Of a DNA stretch of 64,000 nt, positions 48,360-57,133 are shown in pieces. The DNA is taken from NCBI GenBank assembly GCA_963719505.1, contig CAVRCF010000002.1, positions 373,323 through 437,322 of the forward strand, read 5' to 3'. Under the pieces are notes generated by a model, which was not told the origin of the DNA, made no database searches, and saw only the letters and a list, made by a program, of their open reading frames with translations. Each line of letters starts with the position of its first letter. The stretch's first letter is position 1. This DNA comes from Halobacteriovoraceae bacterium. GTDB taxonomy: Bacteria; Bdellovibrionota; Bacteriovoracia; Bacteriovoracales; Bacteriovoracaceae. The translations under genes and the position numbers were made by a program.

Positions 48360-50249
48360 ATGAAAATCGTTTTTATCTTTTTACTTGTTGCGAGTTCCTT
48401 AAACGCTAAGGCTGTATGTGAAAACTATCTAAACTGCTCTTATGAACTTCCTGTCAAAAATAAATTTTTTACCTATTTTAGTTCTCATTCTTTAACTACT
48501 TTAGATAGGAGGATTGACCGTCTTGTTATTGTTGTTCATGGTGCTGGTAGAAACGGAAATGACTATTTTAACGATACAGTCCAGGCAGCAAAAAAGATTG
48601 GTGTTGAGAAAAAGACAATCATTCTTGCTCCGACCTTTCGAAAAGTTACAGATCAGAAAAAGCCTAATGAGATATACTGGGGGAAGAATTGGTTTGAAAA
48701 GTGGAAGTACGGTTACCTCTCTCAAGACGAGACAAAAACGAGCTCTTTTACTATTATTGATTCGTTAGTTAAAAGTGTTGCTCTTTCAGGAACTTTTCCA
48801 AATCTTCGTGAGGTTGTGATCACTGGGCACTCCGCTGGAGGTCAGTTTACACAGAGATACGCTTTTGGAACAGAAATCGATTTAGTCATACCCCAAAAAT
48901 TGACCATTATCCCTTCCAATCCATCTTCTTATTTATATCTTGATGATATCCGCTACACTTTTCAAAATGGAAATTTTGAAAGCTTAGATCAAAGTCAACT
49001 TTGTCATGGTTTTAATGAGTATATCTACGGCCCTAAAAATAGAGCCAAATATCTAGAGAAGTTTGACCTTGAAGCTTTGAGATTGAATTTTAAGCGCAAA
49101 AATCTGGTGTTCTTAATGTCAGAAGAGGATAAAGGTGAAGATAGCTTAGACAGAACATGTGAAGCCATGACACAAGGACAGAATAGGATAGAGAGAGCAC
49201 AAAATTTTTACCACTATTCTAAAAAATTTCTTCCTTCAAAGTCCCATTTGTTTTCAAGTATTCCTCTTATTGGGCACGATCATGTTGCTGTTTATGAATC
49301 TGATCAGGCGAGAGAATTTGTCTTTGGTATCCCATCGGTTAAAGATAGCTCTTACTTATTAAATCGTTACGGATCGATACATGATTTTAACGTTACGACA
49401 CAGACTATATTTACTCTCTTGGGCGGTGGAAAGAATGAAGCTATTGGCCTTTCAAATTTTATCGCTGCCGCTAGAGGCGGAGATCTTCTTATCGTCTCGG
49501 GCAAAGATAGGCTAGAGCACAGATACATATTTGATTTTAATCGTCTTGCACAACAGTCAAACCATAAACTAAATTCAATATCAGTCGTCTCGTTTTTAAA
49601 TAGAACTGCCGCTGAGAAAAAAAATGTTCTCGCTCTCTTAGAAAAAGCTGATGCCATTTTCTTTACAGGCGGAGATCAGTCAAAATATATCGACAGAATC
49701 AAAGGATCATCTTTTCATAAAAAGCTTATCTCAAAGGTTCAAAGTGGTTTGCCAGTTTCTGGTACGAGTGCAGGCCTTGCTATTATGGGAGAGTTTATTT
49801 TTTCAGCTCAAAGGGGTGGGGTGAGTAGTCGCTATGTGTTGCAAAATCCATTGAGTGAAGCTATCTCAATCGAGCACGACTTCTTTTATCATCCATTTTT
49901 AAGCGGTATTATAACGGACACTCATTTTTCTGAAAGACAAAGAGAGGGAAGACTTCTGGGGTTTATGTATAAAACTCTTATGAATTTTAATTTGAAATCT
50001 ATTTTGGGAATCGGGATTGACGAGCAAACAAGTCTGACGATAAACCCTGACAAAACAATTATTGCTTTCGGTAAGGGAGATGTTTTTGTCTACAAAGCTA
50101 ATTCAAACTTGGTCTATCGCCCCAGTCCTCTGAATATGAATTCTATAAAAAGAAAAAGTCTTCAACGTGGAGATGCTTATTTGGATCTTCATTCTTTAAG
50201 TTATGATGATACTCTATCTGTTGTCGATGGCCGAATTAGTTCTCCGTAA
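48360..50249 (+). CDS. Secreted alpha/beta hydrolase fused to a cyanophycinase-like (S51) peptidase
   Basis: N-terminal VVHG and GHSAGGQF; C-terminal L.GGG, FFTGGDQ, GTSAG, DTHFSER.REGR and GIDE.T. Confidence 0.8.
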   Translation: MKIVFIFLLVASSLNAKAVCENYLNCSYELPVKNKFFTYFSSHSLTTLDRRIDRLVIVVHGAGRNGNDYFNDTVQAAKKIGVEKKTIILAPTFRKVTDQKKPNEIYWGKNWFEKWKYGYLSQDETKTSSFTIIDSLVKSVALSGTFPNLREVVITGHSAGGQFTQRYAFGTEIDLVIPQKLTIIPSNPSSYLYLDDIRYTFQNGNFESLDQSQLCHGFNEYIYGPKNRAKYLEKFDLEALRLNFKRKNLVFLMSEEDKGEDSLDRTCEAMTQGQNRIERAQNFYHYSKKFLPSKSHLFSSIPLIGHDHVAVYESDQAREFVFGIPSVKDSSYLLNRYGSIHDFNVTTQTIFTLLGGGKNEAIGLSNFIAAARGGDLLIVSGKDRLEHRYIFDFNRLAQQSNHKLNSISVVSFLNRTAAEKKNVLALLEKADAIFFTGGDQSKYIDRIKGSSFHKKLISKVQSGLPVSGTSAGLAIMGEFIFSAQRGGVSSRYVLQNPLSEAISIEHDFFYHPFLSGIITDTHFSERQREGRLLGFMYKTLMNFNLKSILGIGIDEQTSLTINPDKTIIAFGKGDVFVYKANSNLVYRPSPLNMNSIKRKSLQRGDAYLDLHSLSYDDTLSVVDGRISSP

Positions 50250-50429
50250 TTTTTTGGTATAGTCACCTTTATCTTCAACTCTAATAGGCGGCGCCTCACA
50301 ACCAAAAGGTTCATTTGGGATCTCGTCTACACCCTGTCGATTTGCCTTTATATGCCCATTTTTTGAGCGTTTGAGACCTTTGTTCCTATTTAAACCTTTA
50401 TTTACAAACTTTCGTATGATTCCTAGCAT
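50214..50429 (-). CDS. Small basic hypothetical protein
   Basis: Strong AGGAGG RBS 7 nt before the ATG; no recognised homolog. Confidence 0.4.
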   Translation of the reverse strand: MLGIIRKFVNKGLNRNKGLKRSKNGHIKANRQGVDEIPNEPFGCEAPPIRVEDKGDYTKKLRRTNSAIDNR

Positions 50430-50613
50430 AGCAATTCCTCCTAATTAAGATTTTATAAAAGATATTACTAAAATCAATTAGATATAACCTGTATGTTTAT
50501 ATCTAGACGAGCTCTTAACGAGATATTTACATTTAAAATCTATTTTTCATAATAATTTAGGATATTTGAAGAGATTTCTGCCGATAAGATATAGAATAAT
50601 ATTTGAGGTAAAG

Positions 50614-53049
50614 ATGAGTAAGTTAATAGATGAAAAGCTGCGCTTAGATCTAGTGCAAGAATATGCTATTTTTGAGTCCGGCAGAGACGAAAACTTAGAT
50701 GAACTTGCAAAAACTGCGGCAATTATCTGTGACGCAAAATACGCCTTTATTAGTATCGTTGATGAAAATGTCATTCGTTTTATTTCAAAATTTGGCTTTA
50801 GTTTAAGCGAAGCTATTAGACTTGGTTCAGGCTGTGACCTTGTTATTAAGTCAAAAAAACCATTAATTATTGATGATGTTTCTAAAGTTAAAGCGGGAAT
50901 GCTAAATGATCTTTATACAAAAGATTTAGGGCTTCTTTCTTATGCAGGTATACCTCTTATAACAAAAGAGGGCGTTGCGATTGGGACACTGAGTGTTGCC
51001 GATAGAAAGACGATGGAATTGAGTTCAAATCAAATATTGACACTCGAAACATTTGCCAAGCAGGTCATTCGAAACCTAGAAATTAAAAAATCCAATCTCG
51101 AGCTTCAGCGGATGCAAGGCCAATTTACGGATATTCAAAAAATTTGTAAAACAGGATATTGGGAGCTTGAAGTAGCAACGGGAAAAGTATTTTGGACAAA
51201 AGGTGTTTACGATATTTATGGAGTAAAAGAAGACCAATCATTTGATAAAGATGAGTCTATTGATTTTTATGCGCCCCATGAAAGAGACAAAATCAGCTCA
51301 ATGGTTAGTCGCTCGATTGAAGAGGGAATTGAATTTGAAGATAATTTTGAGTTTCGAGATGCCAAGGGCGTTGATAAATGGGTGAGGTCTAAAGGTCATC
51401 CTGTAAAAAATGATTTAGGTGAAATTTTTAAGCTTGTGGGCGTCTTTCAAGATATTACCAGTATAGTCAATATGGAAGAGAGTCAAAAGTTTATTTTTGA
51501 AACGATGAAAGTTGGAACCTTCAATTGGGATATTAAAAAAAATATCCTCATCTGGGATGATAGTAATTACAATGTTTTCGATGTGAAAAAAGATGACTTC
51601 TCAGGTGCCTACGAAGCATGGGAGAGCAGACTTGATCCCCAGTGGAGGGAATTTGCGACTAATGATCTTCAAGAGGCTTTAGATGGTAAGAAGGAGTTCT
51701 TATCAACTTTTGGAATTGTGGATAGTGATGGAGTAACTCGGTATATTGGAGCTCGTGGGAATATAAAAAGAGATAGTAAAGGCAATCCAATTCATATGAT
51801 CGGAATCAACTGGGATAAAACAGAGGAATACGAAATACTACAGGAACTTGAAAAACAAAAAAAGATTTCCTTTCACCAAGACAAGCTTGCTTCTTTGGGA
51901 TCCCTAGCAGCTGGTGTTGGACATGAGATTAATAATCCGATGGCCATCATTAAGGGTTATTGCGACTTACTAAAATCACAACTTAACAAAAAGACTCTCA
52001 ATGAGGATACTATTGACAAAAGCCTTGGTCATATTGATAACGCTATAGAGCGAGTAACATCAATTGTTAAGGGGCTAAAGAATATTTCTAGGCAAGATGG
52101 GCAAGGGATGGACGACTTTGATGTCAGTGAGCTCTTGCAGGAATCTGTTTTAGCCATTCGTGAAATTTTTGAAAAAGAGGGAATTGATCTAAGCCTAACA
52201 ACACAGGGAAATCCTTTTATTTTGGGAGATAGAGGAAGAATTCAACAAGTCGTTATCAATCTCATAACGAATGCAAAAGATGCTATTGAAAAGAATGAAA
52301 CAAAGAAAATAGAAGTTTCTCTTGAAGTTTCACCAATGGCTTCTGTTATCTTAAAAGTCAAAGACAACGGAAGTGGAATTCCAGATGATATTCAAAGTAA
52401 AGTCTTTGATCCCTTTTTCACATCTAAAGGTGTTAACAAAGGAACTGGTATTGGACTCTCTTTATGCCATCAGATTGTCTCTGATCATGAGGGCCAAATT
52501 AGTTTTGAAACAAACAGTAAAACCGGAACCATATTTAAAATAGAGTTGCCTTTATCCGAAAGAAGAGTTGTAAGGCAACAAGATTCTATCGATAAAAAAC
52601 GAACCCGTGTAGATTCCACCTCTCAAGAAAAGCCCTCCGAGACAGAAAATAATATCAATGAGCAACGAAAAAAGATTCTTGTTGTTGAAGACGAAGTGGC
52701 CATTCAGCACATTCTCAAAGTATTGTTAGAGGACTTAGATTTTGAGGTCGTTCTTTCAGGTGATGGAAAGCAAGCTCTTGAAGAGATCGAAAACAATAGG
52801 GACTCCTATGATTTGGTTCTTTCAGATATTCAGATGCCAAATATGAATGGGATTGAGCTGTTTAAAAGGATACGCGATCTCTCAGGGGAAAGAATTCCTT
52901 ATGTTTTAATGACGGGGGGAGTTTCGTTTGAAGATGAGTCTTTTGCCTCTCAGGTAGATGGACTTATCGCCAAACCTTTTAATAGCGAAACGATAAAAGA
53001 TGTCCTTTATAAAGCTCTTGGTAAAAATGAAAAGTCTTGTGCTTCGTAA
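50614..53049 (+). CDS. Hybrid sensor histidine kinase (GAF-PAS-PAS-HisKA-HATPase-REC)
   Basis: HEINNP, NLITNA.DA, DNGSG, FFTSK..GTGIGL; receiver VVEDE..DIQMP..KPF. Start placed at ATG 50614 (GAGG RBS). Confidence 0.9.
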   Translation: MSKLIDEKLRLDLVQEYAIFESGRDENLDELAKTAAIICDAKYAFISIVDENVIRFISKFGFSLSEAIRLGSGCDLVIKSKKPLIIDDVSKVKAGMLNDLYTKDLGLLSYAGIPLITKEGVAIGTLSVADRKTMELSSNQILTLETFAKQVIRNLEIKKSNLELQRMQGQFTDIQKICKTGYWELEVATGKVFWTKGVYDIYGVKEDQSFDKDESIDFYAPHERDKISSMVSRSIEEGIEFEDNFEFRDAKGVDKWVRSKGHPVKNDLGEIFKLVGVFQDITSIVNMEESQKFIFETMKVGTFNWDIKKNILIWDDSNYNVFDVKKDDFSGAYEAWESRLDPQWREFATNDLQEALDGKKEFLSTFGIVDSDGVTRYIGARGNIKRDSKGNPIHMIGINWDKTEEYEILQELEKQKKISFHQDKLASLGSLAAGVGHEINNPMAIIKGYCDLLKSQLNKKTLNEDTIDKSLGHIDNAIERVTSIVKGLKNISRQDGQGMDDFDVSELLQESVLAIREIFEKEGIDLSLTTQGNPFILGDRGRIQQVVINLITNAKDAIEKNETKKIEVSLEVSPMASVILKVKDNGSGIPDDIQSKVFDPFFTSKGVNKGTGIGLSLCHQIVSDHEGQISFETNSKTGTIFKIELPLSERRVVRQQDSIDKKRTRVDSTSQEKPSETENNINEQRKKILVVEDEVAIQHILKVLLEDLDFEVVLSGDGKQALEEIENNRDSYDLVLSDIQMPNMNGIELFKRIRDLSGERIPYVLMTGGVSFEDESFASQVDGLIAKPFNSETIKDVLYKALGKNEKSCAS

Positions 53050-53073
53050 AAGTCTCTCTTTGATAGGAAATAT

Positions 53074-54147
53074 TTGAAAACTGACCATTTAAAAAGATAC
53101 CCCAACATTCTTGATGATAAGCTCTTGGCTTGGAATGCTGCAGATGAGCTTATGATCAATCATATTAATTCACTAGATCTTATTGATAAGAGAGTCCTCG
53201 TGCTCAACGATAATTTTGGAGCGATAGCTTGTAATATTGAAAGAGCGGAAATTGTTTTCTATTCAGACTCTTTTATCTCCCATCAAGCAGCAAAGAGTAA
53301 TATTGATCGTTCGATTCACTACATCAACGATTTGTCTGAACTTCAAGGTCATTTCGATTTTATTTTTTTACACATTCCAAAAAATTATTCATTTTTAGAA
53401 GATATTTTATGCCAAGTCTCTGGGCATTTGACAAAAGAGTCTAAGCTAATTTGTTGCTCAATGATTAAGCACCTTGCTGGCGGAGCCTTTGATCTCATCA
53501 ATAAGTACTTCGGTAATACAAGCACTAGTTTGGCCCGAAAAAAAGCGCGATTGATTTTCGCTGAATTCGAAAGGGAGCCAGTCCAGTCTCCATATCCTTT
53601 AGAGGTAAATCTTGATGGCTTCGATTTTCCTATTACAAACCATTCAAATGTCTTTAGTCGTGAAAAGCTCGATATAGGCACTCGCTTCTTTCTAGATTTT
53701 ATCCCCCAAGGAATTGAAGGCTCAATTTTAGACTTAGGGTGTGGCAACGGCCTTGTAGGGATAAAGGCCAAGATCATAAATCCAAAAGCTCAAATTATCT
53801 TTTGTGATGAATCAAAAATGGCTTTACTGTCGGCGGCTAAGAACTTTAGTCATATTTCAAAAAATTCTGGTGAGTATATTTGGACCAATTGCTTTGAGGT
53901 CGATACCCCAAAAGAGCTTGATTTGGTTCTGTGTAATCCTCCGTTTCATCAAGGGCACACCATTGGAGACTTTGTTGCCAGACAAATGTTTAGGGATGCT
54001 AAGCGAGCTCTCAAGGCTGGAGGGAAGCTTAGAGTTATTGGCAATAATCATCTTGGGTACCATATTTCCCTAAAAAAGATTTTTGGCAATGTGTCTAAAA
54101 TAGGTCAAAACAAAAAATTTGTCGTTTTGGAGTCCTCTAAAAGGTAA
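53074..54147 (+). CDS. rlmG: 23S rRNA m2G1835 methyltransferase (RlmG-like)
   Basis: AWNAADE, NDNFGA, VFSREKLDIGTR, DLGCGNG and CNPPFHQ. Confidence 0.8.
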   Translation: MKTDHLKRYPNILDDKLLAWNAADELMINHINSLDLIDKRVLVLNDNFGAIACNIERAEIVFYSDSFISHQAAKSNIDRSIHYINDLSELQGHFDFIFLHIPKNYSFLEDILCQVSGHLTKESKLICCSMIKHLAGGAFDLINKYFGNTSTSLARKKARLIFAEFEREPVQSPYPLEVNLDGFDFPITNHSNVFSREKLDIGTRFFLDFIPQGIEGSILDLGCGNGLVGIKAKIINPKAQIIFCDESKMALLSAAKNFSHISKNSGEYIWTNCFEVDTPKELDLVLCNPPFHQGHTIGDFVARQMFRDAKRALKAGGKLRVIGNNHLGYHISLKKIFGNVSKIGQNKKFVVLESSKR

Positions 54148-54225
54148 ATGTGAAGAATAAAACACGGCCAAAAGGCTCGTAAGTATGTATGATGGTCGTG
54201 TTATTAACGGTAGCTTAAAGGTGCC

Positions 54226-54966
54226 ATGAAGAAGTTATTCACTCTAATTTTTACCACCTGTTTTTTGACAGCGAACCTGGCTTTTGCACAAAACGAAGTT
54301 ATTAGCCTCAGAGTTACAGGAGCGCTTGATCAAAAAGACTCTCAGTTTTGTTGGGTGTTCTCAACTCTTACAATTGTAGAGAGTATATTTCTTGAAAGTC
54401 ATCCACAAGTGGACCCTAAAGAAATAAATCTTTCTCGCTGGTACTTTAAAGAGTCAACTGGCTCTGACAAAAATCAAGGGGCCATAATAGATGCCGCAAA
54501 TTTTCATTCTAGAGAAATAGGTTTAGTTAGCGACGCTGATTACTCTAGGTCAGACTCAGGTCAGATAACTCAGACAATATTTTTAGGTGAAAAACTTAGT
54601 CCTTTTGAACTCAGAGAAAAGCTCTTTGGTGGACTCGAGTTTTGGTCTTACGCGATAAGTGATAAAATCTCAGGCTGGAGTGCTCATCCCGATCCTACTG
54701 CAAGGCCTGGAAATCAAGCTTATTTTGTATCTCGATCAGAAATACCAAGAATCATAAAAAACTCATTGGATCAAAGAGCACCAATTGGATACTGGTTTGA
54801 AAGTCATGTGGTCGTCATTTACGGCGCAGAATATGATCAAGAAGGAAAAGCGCTTAAATATCTTATCAAAGATAGTTATCCTCCTTACTTCTATGAAAAG
54901 GATGCGAATGTAGTGCATTCTATTATTAAAACTCTCTCTGGAATATCAAATCTTGAATCACTATGA
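54226..54966 (+). CDS. Secreted papain-like (C1) cysteine peptidase
   Basis: DQKDSQFCWVFS, HVVVIYG and LIKDSY; signal peptide. Confidence 0.7.
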   Translation: MKKLFTLIFTTCFLTANLAFAQNEVISLRVTGALDQKDSQFCWVFSTLTIVESIFLESHPQVDPKEINLSRWYFKESTGSDKNQGAIIDAANFHSREIGLVSDADYSRSDSGQITQTIFLGEKLSPFELREKLFGGLEFWSYAISDKISGWSAHPDPTARPGNQAYFVSRSEIPRIIKNSLDQRAPIGYWFESHVVVIYGAEYDQEGKALKYLIKDSYPPYFYEKDANVVHSIIKTLSGISNLESL

Positions 54967-55334
54967 AGAATAAACACGTAGCCATCATAGGAGCTTCGAG
55001 CGATCCAAAAAGGTTTTCCCATCAGGCACAAGTAAGTTTAAAGGATAACGGCTATAACTGTTTCTTAGTTAATCCTAATCAAAAGAAGATTGATGGTTTT
55101 AAGGTCTATTCAAGCTTTGAACATATACCATCCGACATAGATACGATCACAGTTTATATTAGCCCCTCAAAGCAGAGTTCACTTTTTGAAGACATTAAAA
55201 ATAAAGGGTGTCGCCGAGTCATATTTAATCCCGGCACAGAGAATCCTCATCTCGCCTCACAGTTAAAAGAATTGGGTGTTGAGGTTGTAAATGCTTGCAC
55301 ACTTGTCATGCTTCAAAGTGGTTCATTTGAATAA
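54963..55334 (+). CDS. CoA-binding protein (YccU-like)
   Basis: IIGAS.DP.R, IDTITVY, RVIFNPGTEN and ACTLVML. Confidence 0.9.
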   Translation: MKNKHVAIIGASSDPKRFSHQAQVSLKDNGYNCFLVNPNQKKIDGFKVYSSFEHIPSDIDTITVYISPSKQSSLFEDIKNKGCRRVIFNPGTENPHLASQLKELGVEVVNACTLVMLQSGSFE

Positions 55335-55337
55335 AAG

Positions 55338-55360
55338 CTGGAGGCTTTACGGGCCCCCAG
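55338..55360. terminator. Probable bidirectional terminator
   Basis: CTGGAGGC..GCCCCCAG hairpin between convergent genes. Confidence 0.45.
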
Positions 55361-55365
55361 ATTAT

Positions 55366-55734
55366 CTAAGAGAGAGTCATGGTATCTTCTGAAAAGTTTG
55401 GTATAAGGAATCTGTCTTTTCTCCAAGCCAAAAGCTTCTTATCCATTTTTCGTTCAAGAAGTTTAAATACTGTCAGCGGATCCTTACCTCGGCCTTCAAC
55501 TTGAAAAACTATATCAAAGCAGTTTATCAATAGTTTTGATTGGTAGTATTGCCCCTTTATCTTAAGTTGAAGAAGAGGCGTTGCGACTGAGGGACATCTG
55601 TCCATTAAATGTTCTAATTCTCTTTCAATCGCAAACGTAGTCTTTCTATCTAATAAAACCCCAAATTTGTTTTCTAGGATTTCATCTTTTACTTCACTTT
55701 TCACAACGACCTCCTTGTCCTTGGTATCAAGCAT
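55366..55734 (-). CDS. Hypothetical protein
   Basis: 122-aa ORF overlapping the stop of the upstream gene. Confidence 0.5.
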   Translation of the reverse strand: MLDTKDKEVVVKSEVKDEILENKFGVLLDRKTTFAIERELEHLMDRCPSVATPLLQLKIKGQYYQSKLLINCFDIVFQVEGRGKDPLTVFKLLERKMDKKLLAWRKDRFLIPNFSEDTMTLS

Positions 55735-56098
55735 TATCTCTTGGCTTATGTTCTTGTTGTTTTTCTATTTGTTGTTTTCTATTATTGTGATTGATCGTTT
55801 GAGTCAGAGTAGTTTTACTAGGATCCTCTTTCTTCATGCCATTCATTTGGTTGACTTTTTTTGCAGCCTTGCCTTCGACATTTTTTGAACGATCCTCTGC
55901 TGTCCCTTGAGGGTACTTGTCAAAGCTGTCTCCACTGGATACACCTTGCTCACCGGCAATGGACTCAATCTTTTCTTGATCCTTATCTCCAAATCGCTTT
56001 TTCGAGAAGTTCTCTTTTGATCCCTCCTCGAGATGTTGTGAAGATTGATTGGATTTTCTCTCGTTTAGTCCTTTTTCATTATTATATTTTATAGTCAT
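55727..56098 (-). CDS. Hydrophilic, probably disordered hypothetical protein
   Basis: AGGAGG RBS; rich in K/E/Q/N/S. Confidence 0.55.
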   Translation of the reverse strand: MTIKYNNEKGLNERKSNQSSQHLEEGSKENFSKKRFGDKDQEKIESIAGEQGVSSGDSFDKYPQGTAEDRSKNVEGKAAKKVNQMNGMKKEDPSKTTLTQTINHNNRKQQIEKQQEHKPRDNA

Positions 56099-56353
56099 AA
56101 AAACCTCCTGATAAAATTATCAGTGAGGAGCTAAAAAAAATCTTGGGGAAAAAGTAGAGAATTTGTAAATAAATCTCGACACAAATGAAAGACGTAAAGA
56201 AATATCGTCTTGCCATTAATTGACAAAGTAGGCTCAGATTCCTAAGGGTTGTTAAGGAGATGTGTTTTTTTCTACACAAAGAGTTTGATTGGCCACTGCC
56301 TGTTCATTTAAAGCCTTTCTAATGCTATATTTAAACGAGAAGCATAGGGCGGT

Positions 56354-57133
56354 ATGGACTTTTTAAACAATTCAAAAACAGCAAAATTGATTCGTGATAA
56401 GAATTGGAAAAAGCATCCTTTGGGGCAGCCTCATGATTGGCCTGTCGAGCTTAAAGTTCACCTCTCAAGTCTTTTGTGTCAATCCACACCGGGCGTTATT
56501 TATTTTAGCAAAGAAGCCTACTTCTTTTTTAACGATAATTTTTTAAGTTACCTCGGAGACGGAAGTCATAGTGAAAAAATAGGAATGTCAGGAAAGGAAG
56601 TATGGGGGCAGCTTTGGGATTCAACCACTGGTCATTATTTTGAGCAAGTTTTTTCCGGTGGGGAAAACGTCGACAGAGAAAATGAAAGTATCATGATGCC
56701 TAGAAATGGGAAGGTCGAATTAACTGATTGGAATTTTAGCTTTTCACCACTAAAGAGTTTGCATGGTTCTATTCTTGGGGTGATTGTTAGCTGCAATGAG
56801 ATAACAACAGATATTTTAAATAAACAGAGATTTTCTAATGTCCTTGAAAGCTCATCCGATTTTATTGCAGCAGTTGATAAAGATTTAAAGTATCTTTTTT
56901 TTAATGAAGCTCATCAAGTAGAATACAGTCGATTTTTCAACGTTAACCTTGAGACTGGCTCTCATGTTCTTGAAAAGTTCGAAAGCTATCCAGAAGAAAA
57001 ACTCAAGTTTGAAGGAATTTGGAAGAGAGCTTTAAGTGGTGAAATCTTTACTCTTACAGAAGAGTTTGATCTTCCAGACTCTGAGACCAAGTGTTATCAG
57101 TGTCTGGAAATTCAAATTCTTCCGTTACAGTAA
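56354..57133 (+). CDS. PAS-domain sensor protein, N-terminal part, truncated at the fold-back point
   Basis: IR.K.W..HPLG.P..WP..L and W.Q.W...FSFSP sensor N-terminus, then a PAS domain; the last codons lie in the inversion junction. Confidence 0.75.
   Translation: MDFLNNSKTAKLIRDKNWKKHPLGQPHDWPVELKVHLSSLLCQSTPGVIYFSKEAYFFFNDNFLSYLGDGSHSEKIGMSGKEVWGQLWDSTTGHYFEQVFSGGENVDRENESIMMPRNGKVELTDWNFSFSPLKSLHGSILGVIVSCNEITTDILNKQRFSNVLESSSDFIAAVDKDLKYLFFNEAHQVEYSRFFNVNLETGSHVLEKFESYPEEKLKFEGIWKRALSGEIFTLTEEFDLPDSETKCYQCLEIQILPLQ

Noticed and set aside
2469-55888. Numerous short antisense or nested ORFs in the six-frame track (e.g. 4322-4651, 6581-6925, 37488-37856, 53385-53777)
   Set aside because: They overlap well-supported genes and lack an RBS or recognisable motifs; treated as shadow ORFs.
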